DNA from: a virus
Length of the DNA: 64,000 bases
Reading direction: 5' to 3' (one strand)
IMG/VR virus record: IMGVR_UViG_3300013372_003978
Coordinates: 23,688-87,687 of that record
The notes below the pieces were generated by a model that searched no databases, was not told where the DNA came from, and saw only the letters and a program-made list of their open reading frames with translations. Position 1 is the first letter of the stretch. Each line of letters starts with the position of its first letter. The position numbers and the translations under genes are program-made. Shown here piece after piece: positions 9,080-18,779 of the stretch.

Positions 9080-12046
9080 TTATTGATTAATATTTGTTAT
9101 TGTTAATATATCGTTTTCATCATAGAAAGATAATCTTTTATCACCACCTTGTCTTTCAAAAATTTGACATGTGTATTGTTCATATACTGATGGGTTAAGT
9201 CCAACACCAGTTACTAATATTACAATATTATCATCAGGGATAGCACCACCAATAGAAGTACCTAATATTGTTATTGTATCACCAGTTACGTATAGTTTAC
9301 CAGCATCGTTTATAGTAACTCCAGTTACAGTACCACCTGAAACATCAATATTGAAAGTTCCATTAATACCTAAAGCGTTAGTTGTACCACCAATATCTGT
9401 ATATAGGTTATCAGTTGCACCAGTTCCAATTGAAGTGTATGTAAATCCTGTTATGTTTCCGTAGTTTGGTGTAAAATCAGTAGTATTAATATTTGTGTTA
9501 ACAACATTCCATTGGAAGTAATCACCTATTGTGTTGTTATAGAAATTATCAGGTATAGAATTATTATAAAAGTATTCACCTACTGTGTTTTCAGAAAAAT
9601 TATTTCCTATTTTGTTACCTTGTGAATCACCATACCCAACACCAAAACCATCACCAGTAATATTATTATTAAACGAGCTCCCAATTTCATTATTCTGAAA
9701 ATCATTAGCTATAGTGTTAGAATTAATATTTACTCCAAAAGTGTTATTGTAAAAGTTTAACCCTATATTATTGTTATAAAACTCACCCATCCATCTATTA
9801 TTACCAACATCACCTAAAAAGTCATTTGATAATGTATAACTGCCAATTTCATTGGTATAAACACTACCTGAAAATTGATTATCAACAACATAAGACTTAA
9901 CATTATTCAACGAAAAATAGTTAAATATTAAATTACCTTTAAAATCGTTACCTATTATATTATCTTCAAAATCACTACCGTTGTTATTTTCTATGTAGAT
10001 TGAATTCCATTCTGTCCCATAAGGTGACACATCTTCGTCCCAACTATTCTCTTCGGCAGTATTATAAATACCACCATTATTACCTCTTCTAATTTCAAGA
10101 CTACCTTCAACAATAACATCTATTTCTGAACCATAGTTTGTTTTTGTAAAATAAACGGTTGCTTCAGAAGTTGGATAAACTTTTGTTCTTTCGTATGAAA
10201 AACCACCACCATTATTGTTTTGTGTCCATTGAGTAAATATAACTTTATGATATTCATCATTAACTGTATCGTGCATTATAAGCTCTTTCCCTAGAATAAT
10301 GTTTGAATAGTTATTATCTAACGAATTATTAAAAGTGTCATAGGTTCTACCAGTTAAATTTTCAATATTGGTATTATCCCAATTAAAATAATCAGTGTTA
10401 CCTAAAGTATTGTTTTCAAAAAAGTTACCTATTTGGTTGTTTTTAAAATTATATGAAATATTATTATTATCTTCAAAATATTCACCAATTTGGTTATCTT
10501 GGAAATAATCACCAATCACATCATTGTGGTTAAAACCATTACCAATATGGTTACCGTAAAAATTATGACCTATGTTTTGGTTGTTGTTAAATCCATTACC
10601 TATAACGTTTTTATAAAAATCACCATTAAGTATGTTATTATTAAATTGGTTACCAATTTGGTTATTTTGAAAATCTTGTTTAATAATATTTTCATAAAAA
10701 TCATTTCCAATTCTATTTCTATAGAATTCAAAATTATCTAAATTACCAAAATCACCTATGGAATTATTATTAAAATCATTACCAATATTGTTATCATAAA
10801 AACCAGAATATATTGTATTATTATAAAAATCATTACCAATTTTATTATTACCAAAATCAGTACTGTTTTCAGTTAATAATCTATTGCTATGAAAATTGTT
10901 TCCAATTTGGTTATTATCCAAATTAAGATTTATAAGGTTTCCATAAAAATAATGACCAATAATACACGTATCAATATCATTTGTTGATACATTTTCGTAA
11001 CAATAATCACCCCATGTGTTGTTTTGATTATCAGTACCAAAAGTGTTATTGTAACAATAATCACCAAATTTATTGCTTTCATACTCACCTTCTAAAAACA
11101 CATTATTGGCTAATATAAAAGGTCCTGCTATATTTAGATAATTATTTGCAAAATTTCCTACATAATTGTTTTTAGCATAGTTTTCCCCTATTGCATGACC
11201 AAATGTTGTATACTCAATAAAATCATTTGTTTTAACATTTGTTCTTTTATAACTGAAATAGTACTCACCACCATCGTTATTTTCACTAACAGCTAAATAA
11301 AATGCCGAACCAAGCCCAGTTGAACCTATTGTGTCACCAGAAACTGTCATAATTGTGTTACCAGATATACTAACTATTTCATAATAATTAGGAAAAGCGT
11401 TAGGTATGTAAATAACATTACCAACGGTTAACGCTGTAAAAGATGTATTTACACCATTAACAATACCGTCATTTCCTAATTCTACAGTACCATTTAAACG
11501 TAGACCTTCTCTATGTGTATACAAACGATATCTTTTAAATAAAATTGTTCTATGGTCGTAATCTGTTCTATTATTGAATTCATCAATTCTTTCTGTTATC
11601 CTACCATAAGCTACTGAATTAGTAACTTCAGTCGCACTAAAAGTCCAATCATACTGAATCTTATCGTTAGGATACAATGGTTGATAAGCATTTATAGAAA
11701 TTGTCGATATGCTAGTGGCAAAAACTATAATAGGTTCAACATTCCCTTGCTTAGTATTACCAGTAGTTATTGGATTATTTTCGATATCAAAATCTGGTTG
11801 GTCATAACATGTTTTAAAATCAGTTATCATATAAAAACTACCAGTACTTAAACCGCTAGTACTTATAGTACTCACTAAACCTGTGTATGTTAAATTTGTT
11901 ATGTCACCACCACCACCATGGATTTGACCGTTTTCATCTTTTGCTTTGATGTTAAAATCACTTAAATCAATAAATAGATTTGACCCACCAGCTACTGGTG
12001 TTGGGACTTGTGATGCGTTTTGACCTTGAAATTGAATATATTGCAT
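9080..12046 (-). CDS. Tail fibre/spike-like protein with Asn-rich NxIGNxF beta-helix repeats
   Basis: 988 aa with many NQIGNxFxxN repeats; C-terminal FNIDVSGGTVTGVTINDAGKLYVTGDTITI motif typical of phage structural proteins. Confidence 0.7.
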   Translation of the reverse strand: MQYIQFQGQNASQVPTPVAGGSNLFIDLSDFNIKAKDENGQIHGGGGDITNLTYTGLVSTISTSGLSTGSFYMITDFKTCYDQPDFDIENNPITTGNTKQGNVEPIIVFATSISTISINAYQPLYPNDKIQYDWTFSATEVTNSVAYGRITERIDEFNNRTDYDHRTILFKRYRLYTHREGLRLNGTVELGNDGIVNGVNTSFTALTVGNVIYIPNAFPNYYEIVSISGNTIMTVSGDTIGSTGLGSAFYLAVSENNDGGEYYFSYKRTNVKTNDFIEYTTFGHAIGENYAKNNYVGNFANNYLNIAGPFILANNVFLEGEYESNKFGDYCYNNTFGTDNQNNTWGDYCYENVSTNDIDTCIIGHYFYGNLINLNLDNNQIGNNFHSNRLLTENSTDFGNNKIGNDFYNNTIYSGFYDNNIGNDFNNNSIGDFGNLDNFEFYRNRIGNDFYENIIKQDFQNNQIGNQFNNNILNGDFYKNVIGNGFNNNQNIGHNFYGNHIGNGFNHNDVIGDYFQDNQIGEYFEDNNNISYNFKNNQIGNFFENNTLGNTDYFNWDNTNIENLTGRTYDTFNNSLDNNYSNIILGKELIMHDTVNDEYHKVIFTQWTQNNNGGGFSYERTKVYPTSEATVYFTKTNYGSEIDVIVEGSLEIRRGNNGGIYNTAEENSWDEDVSPYGTEWNSIYIENNNGSDFEDNIIGNDFKGNLIFNYFSLNNVKSYVVDNQFSGSVYTNEIGSYTLSNDFLGDVGNNRWMGEFYNNNIGLNFYNNTFGVNINSNTIANDFQNNEIGSSFNNNITGDGFGVGYGDSQGNKIGNNFSENTVGEYFYNNSIPDNFYNNTIGDYFQWNVVNTNINTTDFTPNYGNITGFTYTSIGTGATDNLYTDIGGTTNALGINGTFNIDVSGGTVTGVTINDAGKLYVTGDTITILGTSIGGAIPDDNIVILVTGVGLNPSVYEQYTCQIFERQGGDKRLSFYDENDILTITNINQ

Positions 12047-12050
12047 AGTT

Positions 12051-12674
12051 TTAAATTATAATACCTGTACCTGTTATTGTTGAGTTTCCATTAAATATTA
12101 CTGCACCAGCAACATTAATTAAACCATCATTTGTTATGTTGCTATCTTTTAGTAATAAATTACCACCGATAAATATTTGTGAAAATTTGTTAAATGTTAA
12201 ATCACCTATTGTTATAGGTGTACCTGTTTGTAATACTAAATCAGTATCTACTAAAACATAATCACCTGAAATTAAAATAGTTTCATCACTTTTTAAAATC
12301 TTATTTTGATTTTCTTCCCAATGTTTTACGTTAGTTGTAAAACCACTAACTTCAATTGAATTACCGTATGAATTAATAAGAGTAGCAATACCAGTATTGT
12401 TATTGTATGTACCACCAGTTAATCCTGGGTTAGTTGTATAACCACTAATTTCGATTGAATTACCATCTGAATTATTAAGTGTGGTAATACCAGTATTGTT
12501 ATCGTATGTACCACCAGTTAATGATGGGTTAGTAGTATCAATATATGGGGTAATAAAATCAGTTAAACCACTTAACGTCATTTGTTTTGTTTCTCCACTA
12601 TTTACAATAGGAAATACATCACTTAGTGATGGATTATTATTGTATTCAAATGCGGTTATCTTTTTATTAGACAT
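12051..12674 (-). CDS. Fibre-associated structural protein with internal 32-aa duplication
   Basis: N-terminal KKITAF...DVFPIV...ETKQMTL fibre-type motif; LTGGTYxNNTGIxTLxNSxGNSIExSGxTTN occurs twice. Confidence 0.65.
   Translation of the reverse strand: MSNKKITAFEYNNNPSLSDVFPIVNSGETKQMTLSGLTDFITPYIDTTNPSLTGGTYDNNTGITTLNNSDGNSIEISGYTTNPGLTGGTYNNNTGIATLINSYGNSIEVSGFTTNVKHWEENQNKILKSDETILISGDYVLVDTDLVLQTGTPITIGDLTFNKFSQIFIGGNLLLKDSNITNDGLINVAGAVIFNGNSTITGTGIII
12340..12536. repeat. 96-bp tandem duplication (2 diverged copies) within CDS
   Basis: aataccagtattgttat and tatgtaccaccagttaat each occur twice, 96 nt apart. Confidence 0.85.
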
Positions 12675-12690
12675 GGTTAGATTTGTTTAT

Positions 12691-12698
12691 AATAAATA
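12691..12698 (-). promoter_or_regulatory. Putative late promoter TATTTATT
   Basis: Sense-strand AAATAACATATTTATT 16 nt before the ATG at 12674; the same motif recurs upstream of many structural genes. Confidence 0.6.
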
Positions 12699-12745
12699 TG
12701 TTATTTAATAATAAAATTACTTTAAATATGATTAATTTTAAAATA

Positions 12746-14611
12746 TTACCAATTTATTCCGTAACCATCTTGTTGTAATATAAAATATGTGTTTTCTTGT
12801 AGTATTAAATTATCATCTATAAACCCATATTTATTAGCTTCAGCCGCATAAGCATTTTGAATTTGACATAAAGACATATCACAAATATTAAATTTAAATT
12901 GTGATATACCACCGATAAAACTACCAGCAAAATTTGTTTCGATTGGTAATCCTCTATCTGATAAATCCAAACCTCCAAATGTTTGACTTTCTATCAACCC
13001 TTGACTACCACCACCTAAACTAAAATTAAATGGAACACCAACTTGTTTAGCTTTATATTCATCAAGTCTTTTACCAATAAACTCTGGGAAATTATATACA
13101 GTAAATTTTAACATACCATTAATATAAAACTTAAGTTTGCCGTTTCTAGGTTTTGCTAATTTTAAATCACATTCTGATTTATTATCTGCAACATATTTAA
13201 TCACTATATTATACCAATATCTAGGGTCAATTAAATTAGGTATTGAATAAGCTTCATGAACTGTAGCCCCAGTTATGTATTTTCTATCAGCACCATTCGT
13301 TATACACGTACCTGTAACTGTTAATAATCTATATCCAATACTACCATCGGGTTTAATTCTAAAACCTAATGCGTTATCAATTATATCAATATTATAATCA
13401 ATACTAGTTTCAGGTGTATTGCGGCCACTAAATGAATAAACGGTTTCATTACCTAAATTATCACCAACACTACCACAAAATGTGGTATTACCACTTGAGG
13501 CTCTACCATAAATTAAAAATGGATTTTGTTCATTGGTTAATTTTTTTCTAACATTAGCAACTGGAATACCACCACCATTATAAGTATATACTGTTTGAGC
13601 ACCTAATCCATCAAGACTATTACCACAACCATTATATACATTATAAACATTTGGTGTTGAACCACTAGTATATATAAGATTAGAATTAATACCACTTAAA
13701 GGACTTGGTGAAGCATCATATGCTCTACCATATATTAAGAATTCATTCGTGATTAAATCAATATCAGTTCTTGGTGGGTCTAACGAAATACCAAGACCAT
13801 AATCACCAGCAATGATAATTTCATCTTCTTTTGGTATTGTACACCATTCACTTACAGTTTCACCACTAGTACAACCACTTGTGTTACAATCAATGGTACA
13901 ACCAGTATCAGAACCTTCCCATTTATTCCAAAATTTATTTTCAGCACGAGTACCCATATAAAAGAAAAAACCACTATTATTTGGGTGCGTATCATTAAGT
14001 ATTGTATCACCTGCTGTTGCAAATTGTTTTGTAGTTAACCAAAATTCAGCTACCCACGCATGATTAACTCTAGTTGGTAAAATTTGATAATTTGAACCAT
14101 CAATTTTATAATATCCTTGATAAAAACCACCATAAAGGCTAAGAAAATTTTGAATTAAAGGTGTTGTTATGTCTAGAATAATTTCATGTGGGTATACATA
14201 ATTACCTGTTGTACCTGTTACCATGTGCATATAAAATCTATTATCATTAGCTGGTATAGTCAATGTAGAACCTGTCAATGCCGACAATAAATCTAAATTT
14301 AATTTATCGTCAGGGTCTTTATCAAAAGTTATTAAACCATTGTCAATACCTGTTAAACCAATAGTGTCAAAAGTATAACCAGTATTTACCGAACCATTCC
14401 AAGTTACAAGGCTATAAATATTATTTGACTCATTATTATTATATATGTTTGAATTATTAAAATCGTACCATACAACAAAACAATCACCTGAAGATAATGG
14501 CCCACAATAAGGTGCAGGACCTTCATCGTTAGCTAAATAAAAATCCCAATAATCACTGTTTGATAATTTTAGGTTTAGTTTATTAAAGTTAAAATTTTTA
14601 ATATTTCCCAT
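12746..14611 (-). CDS. Structural protein with LamG/ConA-like C-terminal region
   Basis: 621 aa; WYNIVIKY...LKFYINGMLK...FIGGISQFKF pattern; internal repeat FLIYGRA...LGxxTVY; C-terminal LILQENTYFILQQDG. Confidence 0.55.
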   Translation of the reverse strand: MGNIKNFNFNKLNLKLSNSDYWDFYLANDEGPAPYCGPLSSGDCFVVWYDFNNSNIYNNNESNNIYSLVTWNGSVNTGYTFDTIGLTGIDNGLITFDKDPDDKLNLDLLSALTGSTLTIPANDNRFYMHMVTGTTGNYVYPHEIILDITTPLIQNFLSLYGGFYQGYYKIDGSNYQILPTRVNHAWVAEFWLTTKQFATAGDTILNDTHPNNSGFFFYMGTRAENKFWNKWEGSDTGCTIDCNTSGCTSGETVSEWCTIPKEDEIIIAGDYGLGISLDPPRTDIDLITNEFLIYGRAYDASPSPLSGINSNLIYTSGSTPNVYNVYNGCGNSLDGLGAQTVYTYNGGGIPVANVRKKLTNEQNPFLIYGRASSGNTTFCGSVGDNLGNETVYSFSGRNTPETSIDYNIDIIDNALGFRIKPDGSIGYRLLTVTGTCITNGADRKYITGATVHEAYSIPNLIDPRYWYNIVIKYVADNKSECDLKLAKPRNGKLKFYINGMLKFTVYNFPEFIGKRLDEYKAKQVGVPFNFSLGGGSQGLIESQTFGGLDLSDRGLPIETNFAGSFIGGISQFKFNICDMSLCQIQNAYAAEANKYGFIDDNLILQENTYFILQQDGYGINW

Positions 14612-14613
14612 AG

Positions 14614-17364
14614 TTAAAAGCTTTCTAAATTAGTACGTTTCCATCCTGTACTACTTTTAATATATAAATAGTCATCATCTCTAGTAACGTTACCTAAATT
14701 TCCATTGATATCTGTTGAACCGCTTGGAGTGTAATTAGGCATTGTAATTTTATTTGGTATAAAATCATTATTTGTTGTCCAATTTCCATTCTCATCAGTA
14801 ATTAACTCCGCACCTAAATCAAGACCCATTGCGTGTAATACAGTAATACCACCACCCAAAGCAGTTGTTATATTTCCATTATGATTTAAATCAATATTGT
14901 TATCTTCAGCTAATATTGTTTGTGTTTGTAAATTTCCAACTAAAGTTGTACCACTAGTTAATTCTTTTATTGCTTCTACTAATAAAGCAACAGTGTTTTC
15001 ATAATGAACACCCATATATTTTTCTGGTGAATTATTATTAACAAACGTTAATTCAGGGACAATACTTTCAACTTCTTGAGCAATAAACCCAATTCTAGTA
15101 GGACCATCTCCATCAATCCAATCATAACTTACACCTCTAAGTTGTTTAACTTTATCTAAAGCATTTGTTAGCGTTTCAATATTATGTTTTAATCTAATAT
15201 CAGAAGTATTTGTTGTTAAAACACCACTAGAAGTATAATATAAAGCACCAGCTGATGTTGCAGCACCAATTGTTCTAATCCTTGCGTTTCCAGATACATC
15301 CAATGATTCTGTAGGTGTAACCACATTAATACCAATTTTACCTGTTGTTTGTGCAGATATACTTGGATTACCTACTATTGTTGAATATGTATTTATTCCA
15401 AATAATACTCCACCTATATTCATTGAATCTGTTGTTCCAGCAGATAACGATATATTTGTTCCTATTATTATATTATTTGAACCAAGGCTACCTAATACAG
15501 TAGCATTACCAACATTATATCCAAATAAATTTGAATTACTTGCATTTGTTGCTTGATAACCAGCATAATATCCAAATAAATTTGACCTACTTGCACCTGT
15601 TGCTTGATAACCAGCTCTAAGACCCAAGAAATTTGAATTAAATGCGTCTGTTGCATAAGCACCAGCATTACCACCAAAGAAATTTGAATATTGTGCGTTT
15701 TTCCCATCTTGACCAGCACCAGAACCTATGAAATTTGAATTAGAACTACCTGTTGCGTTCCAACCAGCATAAGAACCCAAAAAATTTGAATTAAAAGCGT
15801 TATTCGCTCCATTACCAGCCCAATAACCCATGAAATTTGAAGCACTAGCATTTATTGCATCTTGACCAGCATTTTGACCTAAGAAATTTGAACCTTGGGC
15901 ATCCGTTGCACCGTAACCAGCATTTTGACCTAAAAAATTTGAACGTTGGGCATTTGTTGCTTGATAACCAGCACTATTTCCAAAGAAATTTGAGTTGTTT
16001 GAACCAGATGCTTGATAACCAGCATTAACCCCAAATAAATTTGAATATGTTAATCCAGTCGCATCTTGACCACTCCCAATTAATCCAGTTGAAAATAAAC
16101 TATTTGTATTTATAATAGTTATAGGTGAACTAGAACCTATTATTACCCTTCCACTTGAATCGAAACCTAAATTGTTTATGCTAGTTCCACTTACAAGTGT
16201 TTTAATATTTAATTGGTCAACGTATGTTGTGTCTGCAACCAAACCAGTTATATTTGCACCTAAAACAATTGTATTACTACCACCAGCAACTGAATAATAA
16301 CCATGAACAAATGAAGTAGTTCCAGATGCTGTACTATTATTACCACCAGCATGTGAACTAGTATTCATAGCTCTTGTACTTAAACCTTCAGCATGAGAAT
16401 AATCACCACCTGCTATTGTTTCAAATCCTTCAGCATGCGATGTACTACCACTTGCAATACTATAACCTTCAGCATGACTAATACCACCACTTGCAATTGA
16501 ATCAGCACCTTCAGCGTGACTATATAAACCACTAGATATTGTTTGATAACCTTCAGCATGTGAAAAACCACCAGAAGCTAATGTACGAATACCTTCAGCA
16601 TGGTCACCATTTGTTGTTGCTGATGTAGCATTACCTTCAGCATGTGAATAATCACCAATTGCGTAAGTACCAGAACCCTCAGCCACAGAAAAACTACCAC
16701 TAGCAACACTAGTACCTCCATTTAATGTTGCCGAATTAGGTCCAGTACTAAATACCCAAACAGGTGTTCCGCTCCAACCACCTTTACCTTCAGAATCAAC
16801 ACATACCCATGAATTTCCAATTATTGGATTATTTGTAATTATAAGGTCTTGTGTTCTAGTTATACCAGAAACATCATTCCATATTGTTCTACCAGTAAAA
16901 TCTAGAGTTGAAGCTGATAAAAAATCAAGTATTTCAGTTTGAACATTCCCAACATAATTTCCACCACCTAAATCAATAAAGCTAAGAGGTGTTATATCAA
17001 AAGAAACCCCACTATATGCTGACGCAACAATATTACCATCAACTGTTATATAAGATGATGGTACAAAAGCTAAAGCATTTTGTGTAATTCCAGAATTTGA
17101 TGGTGTAATAGCTGATAAACTATTAATTGCAATATTCATATCTGGATTATACCACGAATAAACAGTTGTTGCTGAATTACCTGAAAATGTACTTAATACT
17201 GTTGATGAACTATATGTAATACCTGTAGTCACTAAATTAGGACCTGTTGGTAATGAGCTAAATGGCACACCAAATGAGGTACCACCAGATAAAACAGTAA
17301 ATGTTTCTATGCGTTGTTTAACTTGTCTGTTACTTGAAAAGTCTAATTTTGTTCTAAATGCCAT
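14614..17364 (-). CDS. Trimeric tail fibre: YadA-like HAEG repeats, SNFxG repeats and peptidase S74 intramolecular chaperone
   Basis: SHAEG repeats; 14-aa repeats; TSDIRLKHNI...LRGVSYDW...GFIAQEVE chaperone signature. Confidence 0.85.
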   Translation of the reverse strand: MAFRTKLDFSSNRQVKQRIETFTVLSGGTSFGVPFSSLPTGPNLVTTGITYSSSTVLSTFSGNSATTVYSWYNPDMNIAINSLSAITPSNSGITQNALAFVPSSYITVDGNIVASAYSGVSFDITPLSFIDLGGGNYVGNVQTEILDFLSASTLDFTGRTIWNDVSGITRTQDLIITNNPIIGNSWVCVDSEGKGGWSGTPVWVFSTGPNSATLNGGTSVASGSFSVAEGSGTYAIGDYSHAEGNATSATTNGDHAEGIRTLASGGFSHAEGYQTISSGLYSHAEGADSIASGGISHAEGYSIASGSTSHAEGFETIAGGDYSHAEGLSTRAMNTSSHAGGNNSTASGTTSFVHGYYSVAGGSNTIVLGANITGLVADTTYVDQLNIKTLVSGTSINNLGFDSSGRVIIGSSSPITIINTNSLFSTGLIGSGQDATGLTYSNLFGVNAGYQASGSNNSNFFGNSAGYQATNAQRSNFLGQNAGYGATDAQGSNFLGQNAGQDAINASASNFMGYWAGNGANNAFNSNFLGSYAGWNATGSSNSNFIGSGAGQDGKNAQYSNFFGGNAGAYATDAFNSNFLGLRAGYQATGASRSNLFGYYAGYQATNASNSNLFGYNVGNATVLGSLGSNNIIIGTNISLSAGTTDSMNIGGVLFGINTYSTIVGNPSISAQTTGKIGINVVTPTESLDVSGNARIRTIGAATSAGALYYTSSGVLTTNTSDIRLKHNIETLTNALDKVKQLRGVSYDWIDGDGPTRIGFIAQEVESIVPELTFVNNNSPEKYMGVHYENTVALLVEAIKELTSGTTLVGNLQTQTILAEDNNIDLNHNGNITTALGGGITVLHAMGLDLGAELITDENGNWTTNNDFIPNKITMPNYTPSGSTDINGNLGNVTRDDDYLYIKSSTGWKRTNLESF

Positions 17365-17380
17365 AATTTAATAGTTTTAT

Positions 17381-17412
17381 TATAAATATTCTAACTTTCC
17401 ATTATATTTATA
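17381..17412. promoter_or_regulatory. Divergent pair of putative late promoters
   Basis: tataaata at 17381-17388 and tatttata at 17405-17412; both divergent genes are preceded on their sense strand by ATATTTATAATAAAA. Confidence 0.65.
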
Positions 17413-17426
17413 ATAAAAGATAATTT

Positions 17427-17906
17427 ATGGCAACATTTAAAAAGAAAGATTTAAACGAACTAGTTGGTGGTGACATTAACTCTAGTGGTGGAGATAAAAA
17501 TGCCGTTAGTAATAGTGAAATAGAAACAGGTCCTGTTGATAATCAATGGGGTGATGATTCTTATTATGAAAAAGGTCAATCAACCACTACTGATAAGGTA
17601 TTTGCTCGTTATAGACAAAATATCCCATGGTTTGCAGTGTATAGTTTTGGTGGTTCTCGTTCTGGTCGTGGTATAACGGCTGAAGGGGCTAAAACAATCA
17701 TTACTAAAAAAACAATGGAAGAAAGAATTGAAGACTTGGTTAAAAAAACTAAAACATCTGATGTAACTGACAAAAATTACAACCCTAAAGTTGCTAAATT
17801 AGTTGATACTATCAATGATAATGATTTGACTGAAAAACAAATGGAAGAATTAATTGCTGCTATTCAAGCAAAAAAAGCTAATCAAAATAAAACAAAAAAC
17901 ATTTAA
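17427..17906 (+). CDS. Hypothetical protein, probable head/virion protein
   Basis: 159 aa; late-type promoter upstream; KKDLNE near the N-terminus. Confidence 0.6.
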   Translation: MATFKKKDLNELVGGDINSSGGDKNAVSNSEIETGPVDNQWGDDSYYEKGQSTTTDKVFARYRQNIPWFAVYSFGGSRSGRGITAEGAKTIITKKTMEERIEDLVKKTKTSDVTDKNYNPKVAKLVDTINDNDLTEKQMEELIAAIQAKKANQNKTKNI

Positions 17907-17908
17907 TT

Positions 17909-18388
17909 ATGAATTCACAAATAAAAGATAAAAATTTGACGGATTCTGGTGATAATACTAAATCTCATCAGGCATATGCTCAAGAATTATCTAGACTTAA
18001 AGGTCCAAAACAACTTTGTGATAATACAGATAATTCTGGTGCTGGATGTTTAGCAACGCAAAAAAGATACAATGAAATTGAACATTTGGTCGGACATGCA
18101 CGTGATGTGAATTATAATAAGAAAAAAATAGGTATGGACACTGGGGCTGAAAATCAATTTCAAAAACCCAAAGACCCCACTGAAGTAGGTTTAGCTAAAG
18201 TAACAAAAAGTGCTGACCATTCTGGTTCTAGTGTTAAAGATAAAATAATGGGCACTCGTCAAATTAATAAAACAAAAGAAAGACAAGATAAAATAATTAA
18301 AAATCCTAAGTCTTTATCTGAAGAAATTTCATCAATGAGATATTTAATAGAATACATGGATAACAATAACAAAAAACAAATATTATAA
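17909..18388 (+). CDS. Hypothetical protein, probable internal head protein
   Basis: 159 aa, hydrophilic; C-terminal SLSEEISSMRYLIEY. Confidence 0.55.
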   Translation: MNSQIKDKNLTDSGDNTKSHQAYAQELSRLKGPKQLCDNTDNSGAGCLATQKRYNEIEHLVGHARDVNYNKKKIGMDTGAENQFQKPKDPTEVGLAKVTKSADHSGSSVKDKIMGTRQINKTKERQDKIIKNPKSLSEEISSMRYLIEYMDNNNKKQIL

Positions 18389-18391
18389 ATT

Positions 18392-18769
18392 ATGCCAACA
18401 AATTACAACGGTGGTCAGTCACCATTAGAAGCTGCAGCAATTGCACAAAGAGATTTTCTTATCCCAAAAAATACTTACAATAACTATGCAAACGCTAATG
18501 AATATGGTTCAAAACATACTAGAGCTTTATCAGATACTAACACACCAATATACGGTAAAGGTTCTGGTCAATTCTTAGACATATACAATTATGGTGGTGT
18601 TGGTGGTGACTGGGATATTCATGGTAACCAAGCTAATTCAATTGGTTCAGGTAGAAATCCAGAACTTATACTTAATGCTAGTACTTGGGGTTACGGCCCA
18701 TCTCAAGTAGCTGGTAGTGATTATACAGCCCCTAATACATCATTGAATAAAGGTCAAGTAATTATCTAA
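18392..18769 (+). CDS. Hypothetical virion protein
   Basis: 125 aa, Gly/Asn/Tyr-rich; many C-ending codons suggest high expression. Confidence 0.6.
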   Translation: MPTNYNGGQSPLEAAAIAQRDFLIPKNTYNNYANANEYGSKHTRALSDTNTPIYGKGSGQFLDIYNYGGVGGDWDIHGNQANSIGSGRNPELILNASTWGYGPSQVAGSDYTAPNTSLNKGQVII

Positions 18770-18779
18770 AAAATAATAA

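Noticed and set aside
12340-12536. Template/variable repeat pair of a diversity-generating retroelement
   Set aside because: The copies are adjacent and in frame, differences are not adenine-specific, and there is no reverse transcriptase in the window.
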